DNA of 22,143 nucleotides from Sarea resinae (taxonomy: Eukaryota), in contig JAPEUD010000027.1 of assembly GCA_026026165.1 (NCBI GenBank), positions 248,001-270,143 of the forward strand. The letters run 5' to 3'. A program made the translations under genes and the position numbers. A model generated the notes under the pieces. The model searched no databases and had not been told where the DNA came from. It worked only from the letters and a program-made list of their open reading frames with translations. Shown one piece after another: positions 1 through 10,487 of this stretch (position 1 is the first letter of the stretch; every line of letters begins with the position of its first letter).

Positions 1-279
1 AAGGGCAGAACCTAGAGGCGACAGCTCCGCAGCCCGGGAAGACCTACTAGAAGACGCCGGGCCCACGAGCCCCCGGAGGATCTGAAGGTAGAAGAGCACA
101 AGAGGCCTAACTAAAGAGCACCCCTCACTCGTATCCGAGAGCCCCTTCCCGCAGTTCCAAGGACTCGAAATGTATAATAGCACCACCCTCGAGTTGCAGA
201 GAGAGAGTGAAAAAAAGCGCCTCTCACAACGTCTCCGTCTCTTCAAAACCGAGCGGAAAATCCCCTTTGCAAATCCATG

Positions 280-322
280 CCTGATCTGGCCTGACCTGAC
301 CTGACTTGACCTGACCTGACCT
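280..322. repeat. Degenerate pentanucleotide tandem repeat (CCTGA)n, ~8 units
   Basis: cctgatctggcctgacctgacctgacttgacctgacctgacct. Confidence 0.85.
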
Positions 323-535
323 TTGTCGCGCGATCTGAACCCTCGATGCTATGCACGTGCATATTCTGGTCTTCGAGCTCGCTGATCTGTGTATGGCTGG
401 AGGTAGATAGGTCGGTGACGGGTTCTAGGGGGGCTGCTCATACTACGAGTGGGGGAGAGAAAATGTCCGTTCTAGGGAGTCTATTGATATATTCGTGCTA
501 TTGCGCCAGATCTATGAAAGGAGAAGAAAAGATAA

Positions 536-550
536 GATGATGATGATGAT
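536..550. repeat. (GAT)5 microsatellite
   Basis: gatgatgatgatgat, downstream of HOM3. Confidence 0.8.
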
Positions 551-793
551 GAAGAAGGGTATGTGTAGATACGTCTAGATGCCACAGATGCTCCCTTATT
601 TTGGACCAATGCCTGAACGCCCCATCCCCAATGCATGCTGCGAAGATATAATTCCAAAACGTGACCGACCAAAGTCATGAAAAACAAAGAAAAGAAAGAC
701 AGACAGAGACATAAAGGGGGGGAAGATGCCGGAACTTTTTTTTCCCCAAAACCAAACCGACTTTTGCAAAATGCTTTTAGAGTCCGCTTCCGT

Positions 794-2644
794 CTAGAAG
801 TCCATGCCGTCTAAGAAGGTGAAGAGATTGGTATGCAGAATGTTCAAAGCCCTGTCGGCGTCTCGCTCTTCTATAACGCACGATATGTTGATCTCGCTTG
901 CGCCTGTGACACGAATTAAAATACAGAACAGCGTTGGTGGGGGGGGCGGGATGGTTCGCGCGCAGACTTACCCTGGGAGATCATCTCTATATTCACATTA
1001 TTCTCCCCGAGCGTAGAAAACATCTTTCCCGCAATGCCCATCATATTCTTCATCTGCTTGCCCACGAGGCTCAAGATCGCCATGTCGGGTAACACGTCCA
1101 CGGTGCCATAGGCTCTTAATTCGCCGATCGCGCCAAAGAGGTTCTCGTCCCGAATTCTGAGCTCGCTTTCTTCACCGCCACTGAGGAGAGCGGCTTCGGA
1201 ATGCAATGCCATGGACACGTGGACTTCGCTGGTAGATATGAGATCCACAGACAACTCCCATTTGTCGAGGATCGAGAAGATCTTTGCAAAGAATCCGTGT
1301 GACAGAGAACGCTTGTTGGAGTGGACGTTGACAACAAGGATCTGGTGTTTGATTGTGACCGCTGTAGGCCGTTTAGGCCGTTGGTCCTGCGATAGAACGG
1401 TAGAGCTTCTAGTCCTGAAGAGCTTCGGATCGTGCCCAGGGGCGGCGGGATTCAATTCGGCGGGCGAGTCTGGGAAGATGATTGTACCATCCCCTCGAGG
1501 GTTTATGACGTTCTTTATTCGTATAGGTATTCGTGCGCGGATGACTTGTTCCATGGTGAATGGGTGGATAACCTCAGAGCCATAGAAAGTCAATTCCGCT
1601 GCTTCGGCGGGGGTGATAGTGGACAGAAGTCGTGCTGTTGGCACTTTCCTCGGATCGGCGGTAAATATCCCATCAACTTCCTTCCAGACCTGCAACTCCT
1701 GCGCCTTGATGCCCACCGCCACCAGTGCTGCACATAGATCGGTATATCCACGCCCTATTTTATCCAAAAGACCTCCTGGAACTGTACCGAAATAGCCCGT
1801 GATCACTGGCACTTTGTCCCCACACGCCTGTATCCTCCGCGCCAGTGCGTTGGCCAAATCCCCGTAGAAGCTCTGATCCAGGCCGTGAGCAACCTTAAAG
1901 TCGATGATCTCAGATAAGTCGACAAACTCCGCGTCGACTCCTCTGTCTCTCAGAAGCGCAGTCATGAACCGACAGCTGAGCTTCTCGCCCTTACTTATGA
2001 TTCTGTCCTCGGACTTGGAGCTGATCTCGCCGACTCTCCGCGTAGCCTCGAGGAAGGCGAGCAGATCTTTGCACTCCCACCGAATATCCTGGATGACTTC
2101 TTCGACGAGGTCGGGGGACTTTACATGATCTTGGGCCGCCTTGATATGATCCTCACAAATGACGTTCACAATGGATTCATATTGGGGAGAAGTGGACTTC
2201 TCAGCTTCTCTGGCCGCGCGTAGTAGCCTGTGATGCCGTCGGGTATTAGCAGACTCGCTCTTTCTTGTATAGCTTTCACATCAAGTCTCATGCGCGAGCA
2301 GGTCAGGGTTGTGACTCGCCGATTGGTAGTGCCCTCGGCTTTCGTGTAACTACTCCTCGCAGAGCATACGACCGCGATGCGATTGTGAGTCTCGCCCACC
2401 CTGGGTGCATAGTGATTGCGTCAATAAACAGCCAGCAAGGAAAGATCATCAACTGGGGGCAGTCCATTACTTACCGCACGATATCTTCAGCTATCTGCAC
2501 GGCAAACTTCCCTACACTCGTGCCGCCAAACTTCTGGACAATCCATCCCCCACGACCATCCGCAGCAACGCCATTCTCCTTGGATAGATGTGGAAGCAAG
2601 TGGTGATCCTCCAATGTCCCATTCATGACGGCCTGCGGTCCCAT
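794..2644 (-). CDS. HOM3: Aspartate kinase, 4 exons, ~538 aa
   Basis: Exons 2644-2475, 2400-2320, 2227-972 and 903-794 join in frame. Motifs: WIVQKFGGTSVGKF, VVCSARS, GRGYTDL, WKEVDGIFTADPRKV, EAAELTFYGSEVIHP, and ACT domains (VDLISTSEVHVS, EMISQGASEINISC). A second in-frame ATG lies at 2626. Intron 2 has a GC donor. Confidence 0.97.
2228..2319 (-). other. GC-AG intron (HOM3 intron 2, 92 nt)
   Basis: Minus strand reads AATCG|GCGAGT...GCTAAT...CACAG|GCTACTACGC. This junction restores GTTNR-LLRAARE in frame; the nearby GT at 2315 does not. Confidence 0.88.
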
Positions 2645-2770
2645 ACCAGAGCCAGAGGAACTTGATATGCCGACACAATTATCGTGATTTATGGATGTGT
2701 CTGATAGTGATAGTATGATAATGAATGGGGGGGAGGGGGGTCCGGAGGAGAATGGGCCGAATATCGGAGC

Positions 2771-2779
2771 ATGAGTCAG
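2771..2779. promoter_or_regulatory. Gcn4/CpcA (cross-pathway control) site ATGAGTCAG
   Basis: Perfect TGA(C/G)TCA core at 2772-2778, ~130 nt upstream of the aspartate kinase ATG. Aspartate kinase is an established general amino-acid control target in yeast. Confidence 0.6.
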
Positions 2780-3345
2780 TACCGGAGAATTAATATTTTT
2801 TTATCCTCCGTATGGCAACGAGAAGTCTGTATCCGCTACAGACGGGGTACTCGATCACGGTGCTGACCTCGAGCCAGGTTTGATGTTTCGGCTCGTATGT
2901 GAAGGTACTCGGTACTTTGCATGGCCGAGGGCGGAATGAACAGGCAAAAGATCCTAAAGATCCTCGTCGCACGCCATCCGGCGTGCATCCATGGCTCTTA
3001 CCGCCTGCACGTCATTTCCGTACCTTACTGTTCTCATATTGCCATCCGGAGGACTGATAGGCAGCCAAGTGAACGACTCTCTATCTCGTACTCTACACTT
3101 GATGAGGGTGATTTTCATCTCATTTTATCCTGCCTTTCGAAGAGGGAGTAGACAGTAGGTGACAGGTGATAGGTGATGGGTGAGATCTAATTGTCCTCTG
3201 CCTGTACGTCTTTCTCTCGATCTGAACATCTTGTCTATCTAAGGTAGCTATTCACCATGATAGCTATCTTGCTAGCCGACAACTCACGACGCAGCTGCCG
3301 TCTTACTCACTCACATAAGAGATTTGGTTTGAGCTCTATATACCT

Positions 3346-4560
3346 TTAAAACTTCTCCGCCTCCTCTAATAACTCCTCGACTTTGAACGCGTCGCCATCG
3401 CCTCGGCTGAATGCCTCTAGTAATTTCCGCCTCCCACTACCACTACCAGTCTGCGTCTGCGCCTGCTTCTGGCTCCCGTGCGCCTGCTGCTCGGCGTAAA
3501 ACTTCTGCAGGCACATGATGAGCCACTTCCCATCATCGACGCTGACGCCGCGGTTCTCCAGTACGGTTCCCTGGGCCAGCACGAGGCCCTTAGGGCCGGC
3601 CAGCTCGAGATGGTGCGTCAGCGTCGTGTGCGGGGTGGCGAATTCGCCGCGGAGCTTGTAGTCGGCGAGGTGCGTGAAGAGGACTGTGGATGTGGTGGGC
3701 GAGGGGAAGGTCCATTGCAGGAAGTGCAGCTCCGCTCCCCCGGCTTTTGCTGGTGGGGGCGACGGTGTTGTGCTTGTCGAGGAGCTGGACGGAGAAGAGT
3801 CTTCGGGAATTATCTCCCGCGGGATCGGTAGGATGAATTGCGGGTGCTTTCGCGCCGTCAGTGCGATGCGTGCATACGTCTCGGCGGGGATCACGGCGCA
3901 CAGCGAGGTCGGCGTATTGGCGTGGCGCAGGCGCCAGAGAAGCTCGATTTCTTTCGGGGGCAAGTCGAGCGTTTTGGCGACGTCGAGGTAGGACGAGAGC
4001 GTTTTGACGCCCGGTGGGGGCTTGGAGGTGGATGGGGAGGATTTCGGGGTTGTAGCTTGCTGGGTTTGTGGCTGTGGTGGCGGAGGCGGGGACGGGAAGG
4101 GCGATTGCGTTGATTTTGTCGAGGATGGAGTTGATAAGGTGGAAGAGGCAGACGCAGAGGCAGAAGGGGGGGTGGCATTGGAGGGTAGAGGGGCCGTCGC
4201 GCCTGGCACCGAGGCGCTCTTGCGCAGCTTCTCGATCTTGTCCTTGTAGGCCTGTTTCAGCTCGTCGACGTTGCTGAGACCCTCCCTGTTGTTTTTCTCC
4301 TATGAGCATGTCTGTCCGATGTTCTCCACGTGCAATGCGTTCAAAGGGGGTAAGATGCGGCCTACTCACTCCTTCGCTTTCCGATCCAGCTTCTCGCGGT
4401 ACTTGTCCAGTATCCGATTGGGTTCATGGTGGGTGGCAACGAAGCGCACGTCGTGCACGCGGGCCCAGCGCCGTTGTTGGATGCCCCGCAGATAGGGCGC
4501 TGATCGGATGCCAAGGACGGTGCGGAAGGTGGTGGAGGATGGGGGGCGTAGAAGGGCCAT
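3346..4560 (-). CDS. ATP11: Mitochondrial F1-ATPase assembly factor Atp11, 2 exons, ~376 aa
   Basis: Exons 4560-4370 and 4285-3346 (GTGAGT...CAG). Arg-rich presequence; motifs KTLSSYLDV, EIELLWRLRH, PQFILPIPR, HFLQW, LFTHLADYKLRGEFA, CLQKFY. Confidence 0.93.
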
Positions 4561-5131
4561 TGTGTCTGGTGTCTTGTGTCTTTCGTTGATAGCTTTGACG
4601 AGGAAAGGGACGGCGAATTGGGGAGTTGGTGATTGATGAGATAGGACGAGACAATAGTGTAGTGCGCAGTAGAGAGACGCTGATTAATATCCATCTAATC
4701 TAATCGTATCTTATCTCGTAGGATCTTATCACTCTGCCGCCATGTCTTCTCCCTCGCGGTTTGCGGGTGCCATCACCCTCAGGGTCACAGATATTGCCGT
4801 CCTTGCCATCGGTTTCGTCATTCTCATGATTCTCCTCTCAGGATTCAATCATTGCTACAGTTGCCATTCCCTGTCTTTCTCTTCATCACATCTGCTCGAC
4901 AAATGTGTCCCTAGAAGACGAGGCCGACTGTGACCAGCCCAGTGAAAGCCGCTTGGGCCGCGGAATTCTCCGTCTCGGCCTCAGTAGAAAACAGTGCGAT
5001 ACCAAACTTCGACAACAAAATCAACATTCGCATCGACATCAAGGTCAACACCAGCATCAGCCTCGACCTCTTCTGAATAGACGCATGATCTAAAACCCTT
5101 CAATGCCTCCTACAACACGCGTTCCATATAG

Positions 5132-7858
5132 ATGAGCTCTCCTTATATCTGCCGCTCTTGCCGTTCGGCACTGCGGAGCTCGCAACAACGGCTTGCCTCG
5201 CAGCGGATCCCGAAAGCAAGATTGGCCTCGTTCAGCAATTCACATATCAAGGAGGAAGAAAGCAGTGCAGTCAGCTTGAAAGAAATCGAGAGGCTGAGAC
5301 GGTCCCGTTTGGTGCAGGGTGCTCTCTCCCTGGGTGCATCCCATGGACAGCGGCGGAGACATCTTGGTGCCGATGATCGCTTGGAGAACTTGTTCGCCGA
5401 ATCTGCCACGCAGATCTCTCAAAAGCCGGTCAGATCGAAGCCCACTGCAAATGACCTGGAAAAAGTCACCGAAAACGTCCTGGATGCTTCAGCCAGGCTC
5501 GGGAAAAGTCCACTTGTGAAGCTGGAGCAGAGCCTTGTCAGTCCTAATGCGTCTCTGTCAGAGTCATGGCATATTTTCGATGAGCATCTGAGCATCAAGT
5601 CCAGTCCTTTCTGGGTGCGCCCATCTGCGCAAGATCGAGTGAAGTTAGCAAGGGGAGCGATCTTCAAAAAGTTATTAAGGGCGACGGTGGATGCGTGGTG
5701 TAAAGGAGAGCAAACCTCACAGATACCATCACCTTCCGAGGCAGCCCAGAAACTTGATCGATTGGGACTCATGAATCTCACGCGTTGGAGCGCTGCAATC
5801 TGGGACATGATAGTACAGCTCTCGGAGAAATCGAAGGCTCTGAAAGAGGACGCGACGACCATCCGTCGATTACAAAACGATCTGCTTCAGCTGTGGAAGG
5901 AATTCTTCGTCAGCTTTAACAAGAGCGCTAGAAGGGGGAGATCGTCGGAAAATCCGTCCTCCAGCTGGCCTACGTTGTTAGAGAGCGACTCAACACCTGT
6001 CTCTGAAACAGTTTCAATCAACGACTTTAGAGAAAGATTTGCTCGGCTCATACCTATAGATGTTCTTTCAGCAACTGTACGCAATGTCGCTCTCGCATCA
6101 TACGTTACTTTTGACTTGCTTGAACAGCATAGCAAGGCAACCCCGGATAATGATCAGGGTACTTTCGAGATGGCCGGATATACTGAATTAATGACCCCTT
6201 TGATTGCGTACTCGAGCATCCCCAATATATTGCTCCATTCTGAGCGGTTTCTGCTCTCTATGGGCTTCTCGACAACCGACATTGAAGAAATGTTTAACAG
6301 AGCAAAAGCTATAGCTCGAAGGCCTGAGAGACTACTTCGTCTAAGTGGAGAGAAAGGCGGCTTGAGTGAAAACCAAGCCCTAAAACTGCTGGCGGAATAC
6401 GACCATCGGATTGAAGCTTCAATCGCGAGGCGGCTGAATCGGGCCCTAGAACGCAAGGATCTCCGCTGCGTAAATGATCTCTGGGCCGAGATGCAAAAAT
6501 GGTACGAGCTTCCAAAGGATGACGAGCTGGAACAGTCACAGCTTTCCCCCTCAAAGGAACAAACCACCCCGAGAGCGCATCCACAAGGCTTACCCACAAT
6601 TCCAATGAAACTATACAACCACTTCCTCACCGGTTTCATGGCCTTGCGGCAGCCTGACCGAGCCATTACGGTCTGGAATACAATGATCCGAACGAATCAG
6701 GAACCTGACGTTCTCTCGTGGCACGCCATGATCGACGGCTGCCGCACGTCGCGGGATACTAAATCTCTTGAGGAAGTCTGGGCTCGTATGCTGGCCAGTG
6801 GCATCCAGCCCGACATTCAATGTTGGACCACGCGCATAAGCGGCCTCTCGCGCTCCAAACACTGGGAGCAAGGCCTCCGTGCTCTCGACGAAATGGGTAA
6901 AACTTGGCTTATCGCAGCCAAGAAAGCACACCAGAACAAAAAGGGTCAGCCTTTTGACCCCAAGCTCATCGGCGACATTCCTGGCGTCGCCGTCAAACCA
7001 ACCATCGAAGCCATCAACGCCGCTCTTTACCCTCTCATCTCGCAAAACAGCCGCTCATACACTCCGCACTCTCTCCTCTCCTGGGCCCGCCTCTACGGAA
7101 TCACGCCTAACATCATCACCTTCAACGCCTTGCTCCGGCGTCCCGTGCGCGAAGGCCACGCCGATGCCGCAAAGGCCATCCTCACGCAAATGGAGCACGC
7201 CCGAATCGCGCCGGACGTCGCCACCTTCACGATCCTCCTGGACGGCCTCTTCCGCAACTCGGAGCTGACGTCGCTGTCGCCGTCGGAGCAGAAGAAGACG
7301 ATCCGCGCCCTGCTGCAGAACATGGAACGCTCGGGCGTCAGCGCCAACGCCTTCTCGTACGCCACGCTCATCGACGGGCTCCTCAAGCAGTACGCCAACC
7401 TGGACGCCGCCCTCGCCGTCCTCGAGCACATGAACGTCCGCGGCCTCAAGACAACGCCGCACATCTACACCTCGCTGCTGACCTTCTACTTCGACGCCTC
7501 GCCGCCCGACCTCGGCGCCGTCGCCGCGCTGTGGGAGCGCATCCGCCGCGAGGACGGCGTCGTCGACCACATCTTCTACGACCGCATCATCGAGGGCTAC
7601 GCCGCCGCCGGCGAAGTCGGCAAGATGATTTCGTTCCTGCGACGCATGCCCGACGAGGGCAAGACGCCGGGATGGGACGCGCTGGTCGCCGTGGTGCGGT
7701 GTCTGGTCCGCCGCAAGGAGTGGGGCCTGCTGAGGGAGGTAGTCGGGGACGTCGAGGGTGAGGCCGGCAGATTCCGGGATGGTATTCGGGGATTCAGGGG
7801 CGAGGGCGAGTGGAGGCGTATCGTGGAGGAGTTGAGGGAGGATGGTATATTGACGTAG
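5132..7858 (+). CDS. Mitochondrial pentatricopeptide-repeat (PPR) protein, 908 aa, intronless
   Basis: Presequence-like N-terminus (YICRSCRSALR). Tandem ~35-aa PPR units: LYNHFLTGF, PDVLSWHAMIDGC, PDIQCWTTRISGL, PNIITFNALL, PDVATFTILLDGL, ANAFSYATLIDGL, HIYTSLL, FYDRIIEGYA. Orthology not assignable by eye. Confidence 0.92.
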   Translation: MSSPYICRSCRSALRSSQQRLASQRIPKARLASFSNSHIKEEESSAVSLKEIERLRRSRLVQGALSLGASHGQRRRHLGADDRLENLFAESATQISQKPVRSKPTANDLEKVTENVLDASARLGKSPLVKLEQSLVSPNASLSESWHIFDEHLSIKSSPFWVRPSAQDRVKLARGAIFKKLLRATVDAWCKGEQTSQIPSPSEAAQKLDRLGLMNLTRWSAAIWDMIVQLSEKSKALKEDATTIRRLQNDLLQLWKEFFVSFNKSARRGRSSENPSSSWPTLLESDSTPVSETVSINDFRERFARLIPIDVLSATVRNVALASYVTFDLLEQHSKATPDNDQGTFEMAGYTELMTPLIAYSSIPNILLHSERFLLSMGFSTTDIEEMFNRAKAIARRPERLLRLSGEKGGLSENQALKLLAEYDHRIEASIARRLNRALERKDLRCVNDLWAEMQKWYELPKDDELEQSQLSPSKEQTTPRAHPQGLPTIPMKLYNHFLTGFMALRQPDRAITVWNTMIRTNQEPDVLSWHAMIDGCRTSRDTKSLEEVWARMLASGIQPDIQCWTTRISGLSRSKHWEQGLRALDEMGKTWLIAAKKAHQNKKGQPFDPKLIGDIPGVAVKPTIEAINAALYPLISQNSRSYTPHSLLSWARLYGITPNIITFNALLRRPVREGHADAAKAILTQMEHARIAPDVATFTILLDGLFRNSELTSLSPSEQKKTIRALLQNMERSGVSANAFSYATLIDGLLKQYANLDAALAVLEHMNVRGLKTTPHIYTSLLTFYFDASPPDLGAVAALWERIRREDGVVDHIFYDRIIEGYAAAGEVGKMISFLRRMPDEGKTPGWDALVAVVRCLVRRKEWGLLREVVGDVEGEAGRFRDGIRGFRGEGEWRRIVEELREDGILT

Positions 7859-8160
7859 GCATAGCAGCGAGAGCACCGGATATTTCTTCTCGGAAAAGAC
7901 ATGTAGCATACGAATTCGTGTGTAAACGAGGTGCTCGCTGCTCGCAAAGCACCCTGCCAGCTTTCGCGATCGATGTGAAGCCTGATACTGACGGAGGCGT
8001 ATAAGCACACTCACTTAATACTACGAAGCACACTAAAGAGCTGATCATGTTCAGACAATAGGATAACACACAATAGGATCATATACGGTGAATGCGTCTT
8101 AATCCCGCTCGATGCGGTTCGGCCTGTAAGATTGTGACTTTATACCCATTCCATGCTAGA

Positions 8161-9955
8161 TCAGACATCTATCAAGAGCGCACTATCAACGGCGCCGAAT
8201 CCCGCAGCCACACCGCCTTCCTCGCTCTCCCGCCCCTTGGTTCGCAGCAAGTACCCGGCCTCCCAGTTCTCCAAGACCTTGCCCTTCTCCTCCTCGTCGC
8301 CCGCTCGGCCATTGCGCCAGAGACACGCGCCATAAACGCCCAATTCCCCAATGACGTCTCCTTGCTGTATCTCGCCGTTGCGGAAAATGGCGTTCGATAG
8401 CGCGGGCGGCTCGATGAGCTCCATGAGGATATAGCCTTTCCAGTGCGATTCGGGCAGCTTGGAAAGAAACTCGGGGATGGCGGCGCGGTAGACGTTGTTA
8501 CCACCGCCCTCGCGCTGGGGCTTGAGGACGTATTTCTGGGCCTTTTCCCGATCGGTCGCCAGCGCCTTGGCTTCCTTGCCTGCGGGAGAGTCGTCGAGGG
8601 GGTAGATGTTCGTGAAGGTCTGCTGGAGGCGGGCGGTGTGGCTGTTATCGGGCAGAAAGCGGGAGAGATGCGTGGATCCGGGCGTGGCGAGCACTTGCTG
8701 GACCTTCTTGGCACCGGCGAGCTGCGTCAGGACCGAGGGGCATTTTATGGCGGCTGAGCGCTCGAGGTGGTAGCGTGCGTGCCATGATGAAGGGTCTGGA
8801 TGGTCGCTTGGGCTGTAGCCAGTTCGGAGGTAAAGGACGGTTACTTCGTACGGGGTCGTCTGAGAGTGGGGTGGTTTGTAGATCAGAGCTCGCGACGGGT
8901 CGGAGCTGACTTCAGTATCCTGGAGTATGCGGGAGAATGGAAGGCGAAATGTTGGGATTTGATGAGTTACGCCGAGCTCGTACTCTAAGTGTCGCTGATC
9001 GAAAACATTACGCTCGATATCTTGCACCAGGAAGATGACGCAGAGCGGCAGCTCGGGACGGGATTTCGACAAGCCGTAGTGAGTATGCGCACTGGCAAGA
9101 CCGGCCGATAGAGATGGGATCGACAAGTTTGGTGGAAGACTTGTTGAGCTAATGAGAGGCGGTTCTGATTGAGGATAGGCACCGATAGAGAGCAGATACC
9201 TGCGCAAATCATTAGGGGAAAAGGTATATGACAAAGACATGCATTTCATACTTGTGAAGCTCTGAGACGCGAGTCGAAAGACCACCAAATGACGAGGCAA
9301 TGGTATTGAACTCTACCTGCTTTATCTCGGGCTTGGCTTCCGATGATGATGGATCAACATGGACCATGTAGTCAGAGCGGAAAAGACCAAGAGACAAGTC
9401 CTATCATTCATTCGATTCAGTACAAGGACACAGGGAGAGAAATCCTGACCGTACCTGTACATATCCCTCCTTCTTGACTTTCAGATGGACCTCCCATAGC
9501 TGAGCAATAAAGTCATCTACTTCTACTAGTCTAGAAGACAGGAGGTAAGCATTTGGATGCCATACTGAGTGAAGAAAGACAAATTGTCCCGCTTGCCCTG
9601 CGTCGCGCATGAAACTTCAAGAAACAACGAGACCAAGGATAGAAAAAGCATACTCCTCGACAATTCCCCTCAACCACTCCTCATCACGCGCAATGGCGGA
9701 ATATAGCTCATTGTAGGCGGTCTGGATATCTCGACCCTCCTCGTAGCAATGGCGAGGGAAAGGACTGGGAAAGAGAGTGACCGGGGCCGTGGCCGCCAGC
9801 CCACCAGCAGGGTCGGTTTCTTCAGAGACGAATGCCGGTGCCGGCCGGACTGCTAAGCCATGTGCAATGGACCAGTCTCGTATGCTGGTGATCAGAAAGT
9901 CTCGTTCTGCTTCGGCCAAGGCTGGGGGATATGGGGGATAGATGGAGGTGGCCAT
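8161..9955 (-). CDS. GSH2: Glutathione synthetase (eukaryotic type), 4 exons, ~521 aa
   Basis: Exons 9955-9654, 9530-9455, 9400-9252 and 9199-8161, all GT-AG and in frame. Motifs: APVTLFPSPFP, LGLFRSDYM, KQVEFNTIASSFGG, ERNVFDQ, QLAGAKKVQQ, LKPQREGGGNN, GYLLRTK, EGGVAAGFG. Confidence 0.96.
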
Positions 9956-10487
9956 GGTGGGGCAGTGACTGGAGGCACTCTTGGGGTTGTTTTCCTTGCT
10001 ACAGCAGCATCCTCTGTCTTCCTACGCTTGGGGGAGAGCGGGCGAAGAGGGCACCTGCCTGAGAGAGAGACACCACAGCAGGCAAGTCAGCAGCAACAAT
10101 GATAATCGGTCGAGATAGCAGCAATGTCCATGGCCGTTCCCACTTCGCGATCTGCTTCCATCCATTGCGTGCTTACCAAGCCACCGTCGCTCATCGCTGG
10201 GATGACTGCTTACCTCAGCTTCGAGATGGCGGGGTGCGCAATCGATCTGCCCTGGTCATGTGACTGCACCAGATGAGGCAATGATATCAGCCCGAGAAGT
10301 CATGGAGCTGGCTGATTAGATGCGATAAGATGCGGGACGATAAGATAAGATAATGCTCCCTTCACCTCAAGGAACCCACCCCACCTCACTCACCTAAGGT
10401 ACCTCACCTACTCTACTCCGGAGTAGACCCAAATATTCTCCGTCCTCTTTCAACGGGCCACAACGATCAGCGCCAGATTCAGCAGCC

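Noticed and set aside
1..793. Possible gene end or small ORFs at the window start
   Set aside because: No recognisable protein. The sequence is consistent with the HOM3 3' region plus the flank of a gene outside the window.
7055..8014. Long antisense or alternate-frame ORFs over the PPR gene (likewise over ATP10, ATP11, the dioxygenase and TPC1)
   Set aside because: Shadow ORFs caused by GC-rich codon usage in the real genes.
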